Source: a virus
Lineage: Duplodnaviria > Caudoviricetes
Length of the DNA stretch: 64,000 nucleotides
Virus record (IMG/VR): IMGVR_UViG_3300020577_007160
Location: 96,001 to 160,000 of that record
Strand: one strand, 5' to 3'
The notes under the pieces are model-generated. The model saw only the letters and a list, made by a program, of their open reading frames with translations, did not search any database and was not told the origin of the DNA. The position numbers and the translations under genes were made by a program. Of the stretch, positions 40,279 through 50,304 are shown piece by piece. How positions within the stretch are numbered: the first letter of the stretch is position 1; each line of letters begins with the position of its first letter.

Positions 40279-40956
40279 TTAAATTCCAAAAAACCCAGAT
40301 TGACCAAATTCATCAAGAGGAACTTTCCCGCTGCCTGCGACATACAATTCCGCTATAAATGCTATAAATGAACCCCCAACACTTCCTGCCCAAGTAAAGG
40401 ATGAACCTGTTTCCCCTGAATTTCTATAAGCATTCAGCATTACTCTATATGGGTTTGAATACGCAACTGTTCCAAGACCTGTCCAGGAAGTTGGTGCACT
40501 AACCCCAGAATTATCAACTTTAAATATTGAACCAATCATTCCATTGGAATTAATCGCAGAAGAATTTAAAGTCGCAACACAATTTGTTGAATTCCCAGAT
40601 GTAAATTTATATTGACGAATATAAGGTTGGGTTTGTCCATCAAGTCCTGTTAATCTCAATACTTGAATTGAACACCCTGTGGCTGCGTCATCTGAACAAT
40701 CAAAATGTGGTGTTATTGAAGTAGCAGAAGACGCATAAGCATAATAAACATAGAGAGTATCACCGCCATTACTAAAACTATCCAACAGAGTCCAATCAAA
40801 AGTCCCTGTGAGACCTCCAACACTCACAGTGTTGCTTGCACCAACAAAAGCAATCAATAAATCACCACTTGCTGGAGTTCCTGAATTACCATTATAAGCA
40901 GTGGTATCAGAAGTACTAGCTGAATTAGTAGCTAATCGAGTAGTACTCATTGCCAT
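40279..40956 (-). CDS. Virion structural protein (S/T/G-rich beta-sandwich)
   Basis: GDLLIAFV...WT pattern; composition. Confidence 0.55.
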   Translation of the reverse strand: MAMSTTRLATNSASTSDTTAYNGNSGTPASGDLLIAFVGASNTVSVGGLTGTFDWTLLDSFSNGGDTLYVYYAYASSATSITPHFDCSDDAATGCSIQVLRLTGLDGQTQPYIRQYKFTSGNSTNCVATLNSSAINSNGMIGSIFKVDNSGVSAPTSWTGLGTVAYSNPYRVMLNAYRNSGETGSSFTWAGSVGGSFIAFIAELYVAGSGKVPLDEFGQSGFFGI

Positions 40957-41198
40957 TACAATTCACCTAATTCTGGTTCAAAATATATCTTATATTGATT
41001 TAATTCTAATGAAGCAATTATATCTTCATCAGAAGTTCCTAATGGAAAAGAAAATGGACTTCTACTGCATTGGCGTAATAAAGATCCATTTTCATCCCTG
41101 ATATTACATTCTGCTATTATCTTTCTAATAGGAACTTCTTCTTCATTTATTAATTCTGTTGTTTCTATGCTCCGGACTATTTCTATTGAAATACTCAT
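40956..41198 (-). CDS. Hypothetical protein
   Basis: Coupled ORF. Confidence 0.55.
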   Translation of the reverse strand: MSISIEIVRSIETTELINEEEVPIRKIIAECNIRDENGSLLRQCSRSPFSFPLGTSDEDIIASLELNQYKIYFEPELGEL

Positions 41199-42541
41199 AT
41201 CTCATACCCATAAACAATAATTTCTAAACTCAAATTAGCATCTGTAGTGCATCTTAAAATATAATCAGCATTCAAACAAAATACTGGAGTACTTAAATCC
41301 AAAACAAGTCCAGGTTTTGATGTTGTACTTGGAGCAAAAGATGGCAATGTCAAAGGCTGGTCTGTTCCCGCAGTATAAGTTGTGTCGCCACTTGCACCAA
41401 ACCATAATATACATTTGCCAGAAGTAGCTCCATAACTATAAATAGAACAATGAGTAACAACAATTTTTTTACCAGATCCTGGTGTCCAGATTGCAGTGCC
41501 TGTTTGAGTGGTGGTATAATTTGCAGATTTCCACACCTGCATGGAAGGATCAATCTTTGCTATTAAAAGTCTTCCATAAACATCTGTTATAAAATTAGTT
41601 CTGTCGCCATTTGAGACTGCAGAAAATCCTGTAGTGGCTTTACCCCCGACTTTTACTGGATTGCCGGAATCAGAAGAGTCATGAGCAATATCACCATTAA
41701 CAGTAACTGTCCCCGTAATATCATTATTACTTCCAAGATTAACTAATAAACCATCTGTGGTGTTTCCTTGGAGTGGAACTAAAGTATTGGAAGATGCTTC
41801 CATTAAAACTGCTTTTCCAGTTATGGTGGAATCAGTGTCCCCTTCTGTATACTCTACACCACCTCCAAAACTGGTTATTTGATTTCCTGTACCATCAACA
41901 ACAGCTACCGTTAAAGGATTGCTATTTGTCAAATCTAAAACATCGGCAACATCTGTTCCATCACTTATTTTGACTTGTCCTATAACATTATTTCCGGACG
42001 GTAATGCCACATCTGTGGCTAATGTTACTCGTTGCGTAGTGGCACTGACATTGCCACTACCACCTGCAACTCCAGCTTGCCCTACTATTGGGTTTGTCTT
42101 TGCTCTGTCAGACTCATCCCAATCATCTATAATAGATAAAGAAGCTGCAATCGCAGCTAAGTTGCCTCCAGATTCTAAAGCAAGTGCTGAAGTATTTAAA
42201 TTAGTACCAGCATTAGCAGTAACATTTCCTGAAATACTAACAACATTAGTTCCTATTGTTTGAATAGGAGATCCGTCAGGATAATCAAGATAAATTATTA
42301 ATTTATCTGTATCTGAGTGGGAAGTTGTGTCAAATGTTAGAGACAACGTATCTCCTGACCATGTCCCCCCCTTTAAAGGATTCCCTACTTCATAAATTAT
42401 GGATTCCTGAGTTGTATTTATTATTGCTAATATATTATTAAGATCAAAAGTAGAAGTCGGAGTAAAATCTATAGTTTTTGCAGAAGCGTCAAAGGTTGCT
42501 GTTGCTGCAAAAGAAAGATCATTTATATTTATTTTAGGCAT
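41195..42541 (-). CDS. Virion structural/fibre-like protein
   Basis: TFDASAKTI, AHDSSDSGNPVKVGG, TQRVTLATD modules. Confidence 0.6.
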   Translation of the reverse strand: MPKININDLSFAATATFDASAKTIDFTPTSTFDLNNILAIINTTQESIIYEVGNPLKGGTWSGDTLSLTFDTTSHSDTDKLIIYLDYPDGSPIQTIGTNVVSISGNVTANAGTNLNTSALALESGGNLAAIAASLSIIDDWDESDRAKTNPIVGQAGVAGGSGNVSATTQRVTLATDVALPSGNNVIGQVKISDGTDVADVLDLTNSNPLTVAVVDGTGNQITSFGGGVEYTEGDTDSTITGKAVLMEASSNTLVPLQGNTTDGLLVNLGSNNDITGTVTVNGDIAHDSSDSGNPVKVGGKATTGFSAVSNGDRTNFITDVYGRLLIAKIDPSMQVWKSANYTTTQTGTAIWTPGSGKKIVVTHCSIYSYGATSGKCILWFGASGDTTYTAGTDQPLTLPSFAPSTTSKPGLVLDLSTPVFCLNADYILRCTTDANLSLEIIVYGYEI

Positions 42542-42547
42542 AATAAT

Positions 42548-42754
42548 TTAACCAAATATTATTGCTTTTATAAAAGAATCAGAAACACCACCCATACTAA
42601 CCCAAGTACTTCCATTATAGAAATACATTTGATTTGTTCCAGTGTCATAATAAATCCTAGCTTCTTCTCCTGTTGGAGAAGTTGGCAATTTCTCTATAAC
42701 AATATTTTCAACAGGAAGCAGTTTTAAGTCCAAAGGACTTTGAATTTCAAACAT
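42548..42754 (-). CDS. Small protein matching N-terminal module of 20978..22369
   Basis: IYYDTGTNQMYFYNGSTWVS vs VYYDTGTNQMYYYNGSTWVS. Confidence 0.65.
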   Translation of the reverse strand: MFEIQSPLDLKLLPVENIVIEKLPTSPTGEEARIYYDTGTNQMYFYNGSTWVSMGGVSDSFIKAIIFG

Positions 42755-42767
42755 AAGTCTTAAAACA

Positions 42768-42802
42768 TAAACGGTATCAAGTATAAAACCGAATACCGTT
42801 TA
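42768..42802 (-). terminator. Hairpin / possible terminator
   Basis: TAAACGGTAT...ATACCGTTTA inverted repeat in intergenic gap. Confidence 0.45.
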
Positions 42803-42838
42803 ATATAAAATCAATATTTACTTAAATTAGTTACTTAA

Positions 42839-44011
42839 TTAATCCCAATCCATAACAACGCGTCGGGTTGTTCTGCGCTTGGATTCGTTGAATCTTTTTC
42901 TTCTTGTTCTAAAACGATTCGAGGACTCATCAGGATAATCTTCGTCTTCGGAATCATCTTCAATGTCGTCGTCACAATCCTCATCATCGGGATCACAGTT
43001 TTCATCGTCGTCATAGTCTTCAGAATCATCATCCTCAAAATCTTCGTCATCGTCATCTGAATCATCATAATTTTCAAGTTCCTCGATATCATCTTCCAAG
43101 TCTTCGATGTCATCCTCGATATCGTCAATAAGATCATCGTCGTCAGTTTCTTCTTGAAACCTGTTTCCTCGTCGAGATCTCCATGAAGATTCTTCGATAG
43201 CAGTAGCAGCTTCTTTATCTGCTTTTTTATAATGATGAATTATTTTTTCAAATATAACCCATGCTGCAGAAGCAGCAGTAGAAAGAATAATAAATATTCC
43301 CCCACCCATGCATATTTCAACAATACCTACAGCAATGCAGATTGCATTGACAACATCTTTAACAGGGAGATTTAATTTAGGTATTTTACCATGTTCCCAC
43401 CAGTCTATTAATTTAGACAATTTAGGATTGTTCTTTAAAAATTCTGTTACTTTTAATAATTTTGAAGTCAATCCGGCAAGAAAAGGAATGCTTGGTGCAA
43501 CCTTTAATATAGCCTCAAGGACATCAACAGCAAAATGTGACCAGTGAATCACAGACAGAACAGCACCAATAGCACCGGATTCCACAACAACATTTTTACG
43601 TTCATGGATAAAACTGTTACCAACAGTTCTAACGTAACGACGAATACCTTCCGTAACCCGTTGGGACTTTTCAGCAGAAAACCGAGAACGACTCTCAACT
43701 GCCTGCCCACTGGACTTGGCAAATATCTTGATAACACTTTCAATTATTCCATCAGCATTATCTTTATTAGATCCCCAACTATATCCTGGAATGAATTTGG
43801 AGATATGGGCTTTTAATGGTTCAAAAATATTCTTATCAACCCAAGCACTGATAACATCCGCTTTTTTCATTATGAATTCTTTTGCTTTCGCTCCGAGTTG
43901 CTTGATTGAAGACACTGCTTTTTTCAACATGTCCCCAAGACCTTCATTGAGACTGTGTTCATAGAAATCTGCTATTATAGCAGATTCTGATAATTGAGAA
44001 TAATGTTTCAT
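42839..44011 (-). CDS. Putative internal head/ejection protein with hydrophobic helices and acidic tail
   Basis: Multiple hydrophobic-x-E sites, hydrophobic helices, long D/E tract. Confidence 0.55.
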   Translation of the reverse strand: MKHYSQLSESAIIADFYEHSLNEGLGDMLKKAVSSIKQLGAKAKEFIMKKADVISAWVDKNIFEPLKAHISKFIPGYSWGSNKDNADGIIESVIKIFAKSSGQAVESRSRFSAEKSQRVTEGIRRYVRTVGNSFIHERKNVVVESGAIGAVLSVIHWSHFAVDVLEAILKVAPSIPFLAGLTSKLLKVTEFLKNNPKLSKLIDWWEHGKIPKLNLPVKDVVNAICIAVGIVEICMGGGIFIILSTAASAAWVIFEKIIHHYKKADKEAATAIEESSWRSRRGNRFQEETDDDDLIDDIEDDIEDLEDDIEELENYDDSDDDDEDFEDDDSEDYDDDENCDPDDEDCDDDIEDDSEDEDYPDESSNRFRTRRKRFNESKRRTTRRVVMDWD

Positions 44012-44045
44012 GAATCTCTTTTATAAAATGTGTATTGTGAATTTT

Positions 44046-44765
44046 TTATTCATCTAAAAAATTAGTCTGTTGATTGACGTCAACAAATATTTCATTCGCT
44101 AATGCTACAAGATCTCGGGTTTTTGTTTTGAATTCTTTTTCATTTTTGGATTCTAGGATCACGTATCCTTCCTGAAATAAATCCGAATTCAATTCGTTCA
44201 ACTCTAGTAAAAGTTCTTGTGGTAAAGTTTCTCCAGAAACTTTTTCGGATAACTCATTAAAAATGACATAATGAGTCAAAGAAGAATTCATTGCTTTCAA
44301 CAATGTGAAAATATCTTCTCTGCTATATGACTCTTTTTTTAATAAATCTCTTATGTTTTTCTGACAGGGTTTAGTATTGAAAGATTCCTGAGCATCTTTT
44401 AAAGCCCTTAGATACTTCTGACGATAACGAACCCAACGTCTCTTGGCTATTCTACTCAGATTTCTATTGATTCGTTTTTCAACGATTTCAGACTTAACGT
44501 CTGAAACAGGAAAACAGTATTCGCACAATATATTATAAAATTCTAAATCTTCTTTCTGATAAGAATCTTCTTCAGTAGAAACTATTTCCAATACGGAATT
44601 TATAATTTGTTCCGAAAGGCTCTGCGATATTGATTTTTCTTTCAGAACAAAAGAATCAAGCACACTCAGAAAATTAGTACAATCAATAGATTCCTGAGGA
44701 TTTCTACTACCTGAAATTTTTAATTCAGTTTTGACTTCCTGTAAAATCTTAGGGTTAACAATCAT
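44046..44765 (-). CDS. Putative prohead core protein
   Basis: Directly after portal (T4 gp67/gp68 position); basic patch following IVE. Confidence 0.45.
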   Translation of the reverse strand: MIVNPKILQEVKTELKISGSRNPQESIDCTNFLSVLDSFVLKEKSISQSLSEQIINSVLEIVSTEEDSYQKEDLEFYNILCEYCFPVSDVKSEIVEKRINRNLSRIAKRRWVRYRQKYLRALKDAQESFNTKPCQKNIRDLLKKESYSREDIFTLLKAMNSSLTHYVIFNELSEKVSGETLPQELLLELNELNSDLFQEGYVILESKNEKEFKTKTRDLVALANEIFVDVNQQTNFLDE

Positions 44766-46423
44766 TATTCTATTCCAATAGTGTTGGATTTTTCTTTTAA
44801 ATTTTTTAATCTCTTGAGTTTATTATAACTGAACTTCTGGTCTTCCTGTAAGCCACGCAGGTCATCGTGATAAAGTATGTCCAATTCACTAGCTTTGAGA
44901 TCTTTAGAAATTCGATTATTTTTCACTCTTTCAATATCTTCCCGCAGGGAAGGCTGCTGGGAAAGAATATCCTGAATCTTTCTATCAATGGATTCATCCG
45001 ACGGAGTCTCTACGGTTTCCTTTTTGAATAAAGAATCTATTTCAAAATTAGGGAATTTTAAATAATTAGTCACAAGATATTTTGCAAGATATTCCTTATC
45101 AACATTATCCTGATCAAAAAATGTTTTAATATTATTACAAATATCTATGATTGCATTCAATGCATCATTTCTATCAAGTTCCCCGTTAGTTGAGACCGGA
45201 ACAAGATGAATCGAAAATTTTGAAGTATCAGGTTCTAAATTGTGGAGAACTAATTCTACCTGACAGAGAACTGTTAATCCTGAAATTAGGGCTTTCTGCA
45301 AAGAAACAATTTTTCGTGCATAACGAGTATCTAATGCTATCAAGCTATTGAAGGATTGTGCTTCGTCAAAACTAACATAGGACTTTGGTATTCCCAGTAC
45401 TCCGAATCGTTGAGACGTTAAATAATCAATATCCGCAATTCCCGTAACATCAACATTCCCCCCAATATCATTGATTTCAGACTGACCTTTACCATCATTG
45501 TCCTTAGGGACAAATAATTCACGAAAGAAATTAAGATCTTTATGAGTTATGTTTGCCCTATCTTTGTCAAAATTTATTCCTGGAGCATTGCTGATATTAT
45601 TCTGATAATCTTTCATTATCTTCTTGCGTTGGTCTACGACGGTCATGTCCCCAACGTTCACACTATGAATACGATAAACCATTGATCGAGCTAATCGAGT
45701 CAATGCTAACGCATCATTGATGAGAGATATTCTTTTTTCTACTTTTCGTGCTTTGAGAAACGTGCTTGAACCATACAAAGGATTCTTGTCTATTTCATAC
45801 GAAGCATAAACTTCCTCAGGCAAAAGATCCTCCACGACTCTGTAGCGAGGAGTTCGGAAGTGAACAATGGAATACGGGGGTAACGTAGAATCCCCATCTA
45901 ACCCCCCTGCGCGGCTTCTATAGCGATGAAGATCTAAAAACCCCAACAGAGTCCCCTGTGACTCCAAACGGCACACCTGTGACGGAAACAACGTATCATC
46001 CACGGATTTGATGAGACCTTCTCCTGGATTTATCTTGAGGAAAAAATCCCCATACTTATAAATCTCTCGTGCCCAACGCCACAGTTTTTCTTCTACTTTT
46101 ATTCTACTGAATAATTTATTTATCACGGTTTCATATGCTGGATCTTCTGATTTACACCATAAACTCTTTCCCGTATTAAGATCCATTTGAGTTGCATCGT
46201 CTGCACCCATGTCCAGAACAGTAGAAATAATATCATTATCCAGATCATCCATATCCTTATAGATTTTTGATCTCTCATTTAATGCTGCAGTATTTTCCTG
46301 ATAGTACTGGGATACGGGGTCTCGATAATTATAAAAATTACTGGTATCTGTTGTTCTTTTCCGTAATTCTCCTATGTCGGAATTACCACGTAATCTTTTT
46401 ACTATATTATCAATAAACTTCAT
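44765..46423 (-). CDS. Portal protein (T4 gp20-like)
   Basis: YKYGDFF, HFR, YGSS, DAL...RLARS...RI..VNVG, FVP, LGIPKSY. Confidence 0.93.
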   Translation of the reverse strand: MKFIDNIVKRLRGNSDIGELRKRTTDTSNFYNYRDPVSQYYQENTAALNERSKIYKDMDDLDNDIISTVLDMGADDATQMDLNTGKSLWCKSEDPAYETVINKLFSRIKVEEKLWRWAREIYKYGDFFLKINPGEGLIKSVDDTLFPSQVCRLESQGTLLGFLDLHRYRSRAGGLDGDSTLPPYSIVHFRTPRYRVVEDLLPEEVYASYEIDKNPLYGSSTFLKARKVEKRISLINDALALTRLARSMVYRIHSVNVGDMTVVDQRKKIMKDYQNNISNAPGINFDKDRANITHKDLNFFRELFVPKDNDGKGQSEINDIGGNVDVTGIADIDYLTSQRFGVLGIPKSYVSFDEAQSFNSLIALDTRYARKIVSLQKALISGLTVLCQVELVLHNLEPDTSKFSIHLVPVSTNGELDRNDALNAIIDICNNIKTFFDQDNVDKEYLAKYLVTNYLKFPNFEIDSLFKKETVETPSDESIDRKIQDILSQQPSLREDIERVKNNRISKDLKASELDILYHDDLRGLQEDQKFSYNKLKRLKNLKEKSNTIGIE

Positions 46424-46424
46424 A

Positions 46425-48485
46425 CTAGGATTGCTTTCGAAAACGATTTAAAATATTCTGTTTTTCCTGAGAACTCAGGTAATCCTCAAATTGAAAATCC
46501 AGATCTTCACTGTTAGGACTTTCCTGATCTCCATAAATATCAACTGCTGATGGAAGAAAACGCTTCAATGACGTTTTCTCTTTGAGAGTCATTTTAACGA
46601 AAGAAAATATTGAACCGCAGACTGCATCTGCAAGGTCTTTCCGTCCCTTTTCTTTATTTGAAAATAATAAGGGGTGATCAACTTTCTTTTTATCTTTATA
46701 ATGGATTAATTCTGATGCCTCCAAAATCAAATCTTCACTAGTATAAAACTCAAACCGATGAGAATCAATGAGATCTTTCCAGGAAATATAAGGAATATCA
46801 GTTTTGTCCACTGATAATAATTCAGTATTGAATCCGAGTTGCTGAAGTTGTTGCATCAGAACAGTGGATTGATATCCGTCAAAAGTAACTTTGAATATTG
46901 TTAAATTAAAAACTCTTTTTAATTCATGAATAAAATTAACAATTCGCATCAATGGGATTTGCTGACCTTCTTTGGGTAAAATCCGAAACATCAATTCTGT
47001 TCTATACTTTTCTTCTATATCAACCTGGAGTTCCCCTTGCTGATTGATGTTTTCTACTACCCCAATATCATAAATTGTTGACATTGCGAATCCTAAAGCA
47101 TCTCCCGAAACTCCAACATCAACATGAATGCATCGGGGAAAGGAAGTCCCCACAACATCAAGATAATCTTTAAATACGCCAACATTAACATAATTCATTA
47201 TACGATCACTGGAGTCAGAAAAATCTAAATGAAATGCTGATTTTTTAACAGGGGATAACCACTCATTATTATCTTTGATGATATGCTTCATGCATTGACG
47301 CAGATTAGCCCTATTGGAAATGAGGCTCAATTGTCCATATGTACTGATTCCTGCAATATCCCGAATTGAATTATTTAATTGACGGGAAAATGATGTTCCG
47401 AATTCAATAGGTACTTCTATTATTCTATACCCATCAGGATATTCAGCATCCTTTTGAGAAGGATCAACAATATACTTACCTGTTTTAGTATCCTGAACTA
47501 TTGGAGATATAATTCGTGAATCTGAATATTGATCCCCAATCATAACTTTGAAGGTTTCTCCAGAATAAATGTTCAAATGTTCTTTGAACTTCCAGATTGG
47601 TTCATCAATAGTATAACACTGCGGATTAGATTTATTGTTCTCGATGTGAACTTCTAAAAATGATGAAGTTTCTTTTTTGGAAGAAACAATGTACAATTGT
47701 CCTGGAATGTCCCCTCCAGTTCCCATGAATCGAGACTCCATTCTTCGAAGAATACCCGTATAAGTTTCCATGATGTTAGACGTTGCTACGTCCTCTCCGA
47801 TTCGAAAGAAGTTTGCTTCATCGATAAGTCCGCCAAAGAGATTGTACCCCAAGCCGTGAGTGAACTTTGAGCCAATCATCACTGCGATATTCTTCTTGAA
47901 AAACAGACCTTCTGTTATTTTCTTTTCTCTTCCTTTGAGAATATGATCTAAGAAAAATGGAGATAAATCTACCAATGCTGACATCTTATTAAACGTCACA
48001 TCAGCAGCAAGGGTAAGAACAATGCTAAAAAATGCAAATGCTATAATATCATCTGTTATTATATTATAGTACGATTGTGGATTTTTTAAGCACAATAACT
48101 TATGAATCTGATACAATATTGATGCTACGCCAATGGAAGTTTTCCCTGCTCCGATTGGTCCAGTAAAAAATACTTCTAATATCTTATTTTCTGGATTACA
48201 ATAAAATTTCATATGGTCAAACCATCGGGGAAATATGTTGTTCCCTAAGGTTGCACCAAGATAATCCTTTGAATAAACAAACGTCTCAATATCAACGGGT
48301 TCTTGTTCATAATCATATAATTTCAATATCTTCCAAGAAGGGGAATATCCGTAAGAAGAAAGTTCTCGTAGAATTGTTAAAACATATTGTTTTTCGACAG
48401 TGTTTAAATTCTTAAAATAATCCGAACTGTTATTATTTAATCCTGTTAGAACCTGAGTGATGAGTTGTTGATTATCTTCGGTCAT
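46425..48485 (-). CDS. terL: Terminase large subunit
   Basis: Walker A GPIGAGKT, Walker B LIDEANF, nuclease HVD...D, FDGYQS, VDHP...KDLADA. Confidence 0.93.
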   Translation of the reverse strand: MTEDNQQLITQVLTGLNNNSSDYFKNLNTVEKQYVLTILRELSSYGYSPSWKILKLYDYEQEPVDIETFVYSKDYLGATLGNNIFPRWFDHMKFYCNPENKILEVFFTGPIGAGKTSIGVASILYQIHKLLCLKNPQSYYNIITDDIIAFAFFSIVLTLAADVTFNKMSALVDLSPFFLDHILKGREKKITEGLFFKKNIAVMIGSKFTHGLGYNLFGGLIDEANFFRIGEDVATSNIMETYTGILRRMESRFMGTGGDIPGQLYIVSSKKETSSFLEVHIENNKSNPQCYTIDEPIWKFKEHLNIYSGETFKVMIGDQYSDSRIISPIVQDTKTGKYIVDPSQKDAEYPDGYRIIEVPIEFGTSFSRQLNNSIRDIAGISTYGQLSLISNRANLRQCMKHIIKDNNEWLSPVKKSAFHLDFSDSSDRIMNYVNVGVFKDYLDVVGTSFPRCIHVDVGVSGDALGFAMSTIYDIGVVENINQQGELQVDIEEKYRTELMFRILPKEGQQIPLMRIVNFIHELKRVFNLTIFKVTFDGYQSTVLMQQLQQLGFNTELLSVDKTDIPYISWKDLIDSHRFEFYTSEDLILEASELIHYKDKKKVDHPLLFSNKEKGRKDLADAVCGSIFSFVKMTLKEKTSLKRFLPSAVDIYGDQESPNSEDLDFQFEDYLSSQEKQNILNRFRKQS

Positions 48486-49357
48486 AGTTTAATTTCAAGT
48501 AATGTGCTATTTTCTGATTCCTTTATATTAAATTCACCATCATGAAGCAAAACGATCTTTTTAATCAAGAGGAGATTTACTGGAGTATTATTGCGATCTT
48601 TATATTCTCGTGTTAAAAAATAAAGAGAACGTTCAAATAAGGAACGATAAATTTCCTTATATTCGAGACGAGAATTAAATTGAAATGTTATTAAAATTCG
48701 GTGTTCAGAACCAACAGATATTCTGATTATTAATTCTAATGGCTTTTCACCTGACGAAAGAATAGCGTAGGAAAATATTGCTCGTGTCAATATTCCTAAT
48801 AAATTAGAATCTACTTTACCATAAATTTCTAATTCCGTAGAAACAACATTTGCTTTCACGGTTGGAGATTGAAGTCCCGTAACTCGCTTTCGAAAAAACG
48901 ATATTAATTCTATTTCTGAGAGTTCAACTGAATAAATTGAATTAAGTATTTCCCGAGAAAATATAAAATAATTTACCTGATTTATGCAGTTCTCAATAGC
49001 ATTTAGAATCTCATATTTTTTATGAAGTATCTCATTCTCATCAATTTCTGAAAACTTAACCTTTAATAAAATTACTTCTAAGTTATTGAGAATAAGATCA
49101 AAGAATAGTTTTATTTCATTTCCAAAATCTTCAATAATGGATTGAACCTGAGAATTTAATAAGGCATCCTTGGAATCTTTTTCTATTTCTGCTCGGAGTT
49201 CTGATTCGTGTTTTATTATTTCTGCTTGGTTGGTAAGATTCGTATATCGGTTTCTGGTAATTATCAATGGTATGACCCCAACGCACACTACCAGTAATAG
49301 TACTACCAGTGTTATCCAGAGACCTGTAGATATTAATGGTATATAGGGAAACTCCAT
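48482..49357 (-). CDS. Membrane-anchored degenerate histidine-kinase-like protein
   Basis: N-terminal TM helix, coiled coil, C-terminal LLLIKKIVLLHDGEFNIKES like the HATPase_c end; no H, N or G boxes. Confidence 0.55.
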   Translation of the reverse strand: MEFPYIPLISTGLWITLVVLLLVVCVGVIPLIITRNRYTNLTNQAEIIKHESELRAEIEKDSKDALLNSQVQSIIEDFGNEIKLFFDLILNNLEVILLKVKFSEIDENEILHKKYEILNAIENCINQVNYFIFSREILNSIYSVELSEIELISFFRKRVTGLQSPTVKANVVSTELEIYGKVDSNLLGILTRAIFSYAILSSGEKPLELIIRISVGSEHRILITFQFNSRLEYKEIYRSLFERSLYFLTREYKDRNNTPVNLLLIKKIVLLHDGEFNIKESENSTLLEIKL

Positions 49358-49366
49358 ATAATAAAA

Positions 49367-49400
49367 ATCGGTTATAATAAAATTACTTATTATAACCGAT
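49367..49400 (-). terminator. Intrinsic terminator
   Basis: Perfect 14-bp stem ATCGGTTATAATAA/TTATTATAACCGAT with T tract. Confidence 0.65.
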
Positions 49401-49433
49401 CTCTCAGTATTAAGAATTGTTTGAGCCTAATAC

Positions 49434-49772
49434 CTAAGGATTCAACACCTTTATCTCCAATACTGTTATTGCTAGATGATTCTTTCGAACATTATTGGCA
49501 TCAGTATATGTTCCCATGGTTAATTCACCTTCAACATAAATCTTTGTTCCTTTTTTCACATTAGCCGCTACGTATTCTGCAACGCCCTGCCATGCTGTCA
49601 GGTTGTGCCATGTTGTCTCTTCCCGAGAATGCCCATCATTGGTCTTGAAATGCTTATGGGTTGCTATCCGGAAATTACAAACTGCCTGACCTGATGGTTT
49701 CACGTAGAGCAATTCTGTATCCTTACCACAGATACCAATGAGCATGACCTTATTCAATGTTGCTGATGTCAT
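49434..49772 (-). CDS. ssb: Single-stranded DNA-binding protein (bacterial type, no acidic tail)
   Basis: LNKVMLIG, F.IAT, TTWH, KKG..IYVEG.L. Confidence 0.92.
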   Translation of the reverse strand: MTSATLNKVMLIGICGKDTELLYVKPSGQAVCNFRIATHKHFKTNDGHSREETTWHNLTAWQGVAEYVAANVKKGTKIYVEGELTMGTYTDANNVRKNHLAITVLEIKVLNP

Positions 49773-49794
49773 ATATAATCCTTGTTATTATCAC

Positions 49795-50304
49795 TTAAAT
49801 TTCTTGAAAATAATTTAGAGTTTGAACATTAGGAAATATTCCCATTAATTTTTCTACTTCAACAGAAAAATTCTGAATAATAGCGAGAGGATCAATATTG
49901 TCCCAGTTGATTTTATAAACATCCTGTGGTCTCCAATTTCCAGTTTCTACTTTAGTATAAATATAATCTGGATCGTTTTGAAGATTTAATAAATATGGAG
50001 TAGGTTTTGGATTTTCTTTGTCAGAAAAATTCCAACATTTATCAAAATTATTTAAATAAACATCTGAAGCGGAAGAAAGTAACATTGCTTTTATTAAGCA
50101 ATCTTTTAAGTCTCGAAGGGTAACACCGGAGACCTCTTGTTTTCCGCGTTCTCCATCATCTGTCCAAGGTTGTCCGTTGTAGGGTCTATCACGAGAATTA
50201 TCGTAATCTGAACTACTTTGAGTAGACCAAATATTGAATTTTAATTCTTCTTCAAAATTTTCAGAAGTTGAATCTAAAACAGGAATATGTTCTGAAGGAT
50301 TCAT
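49795..50304 (-). CDS. Hypothetical protein
   Basis: 169-aa coupled ORF. Confidence 0.6.
   Translation of the reverse strand: MNPSEHIPVLDSTSENFEEELKFNIWSTQSSSDYDNSRDRPYNGQPWTDDGERGKQEVSGVTLRDLKDCLIKAMLLSSASDVYLNNFDKCWNFSDKENPKPTPYLLNLQNDPDYIYTKVETGNWRPQDVYKINWDNIDPLAIIQNFSVEVEKLMGIFPNVQTLNYFQEI

Noticed and set aside
42835-43137. Alternative-frame ORF rich in M/T/I/K
   Set aside because: Frame-shifted reading of the GAT/GAC/GAA acidic tract of 42839..44011.
46425-48485. Intein in the long terminase
   Set aside because: No C/S...HN-C/S/T splice junctions or LAGLIDADG motifs recognised.
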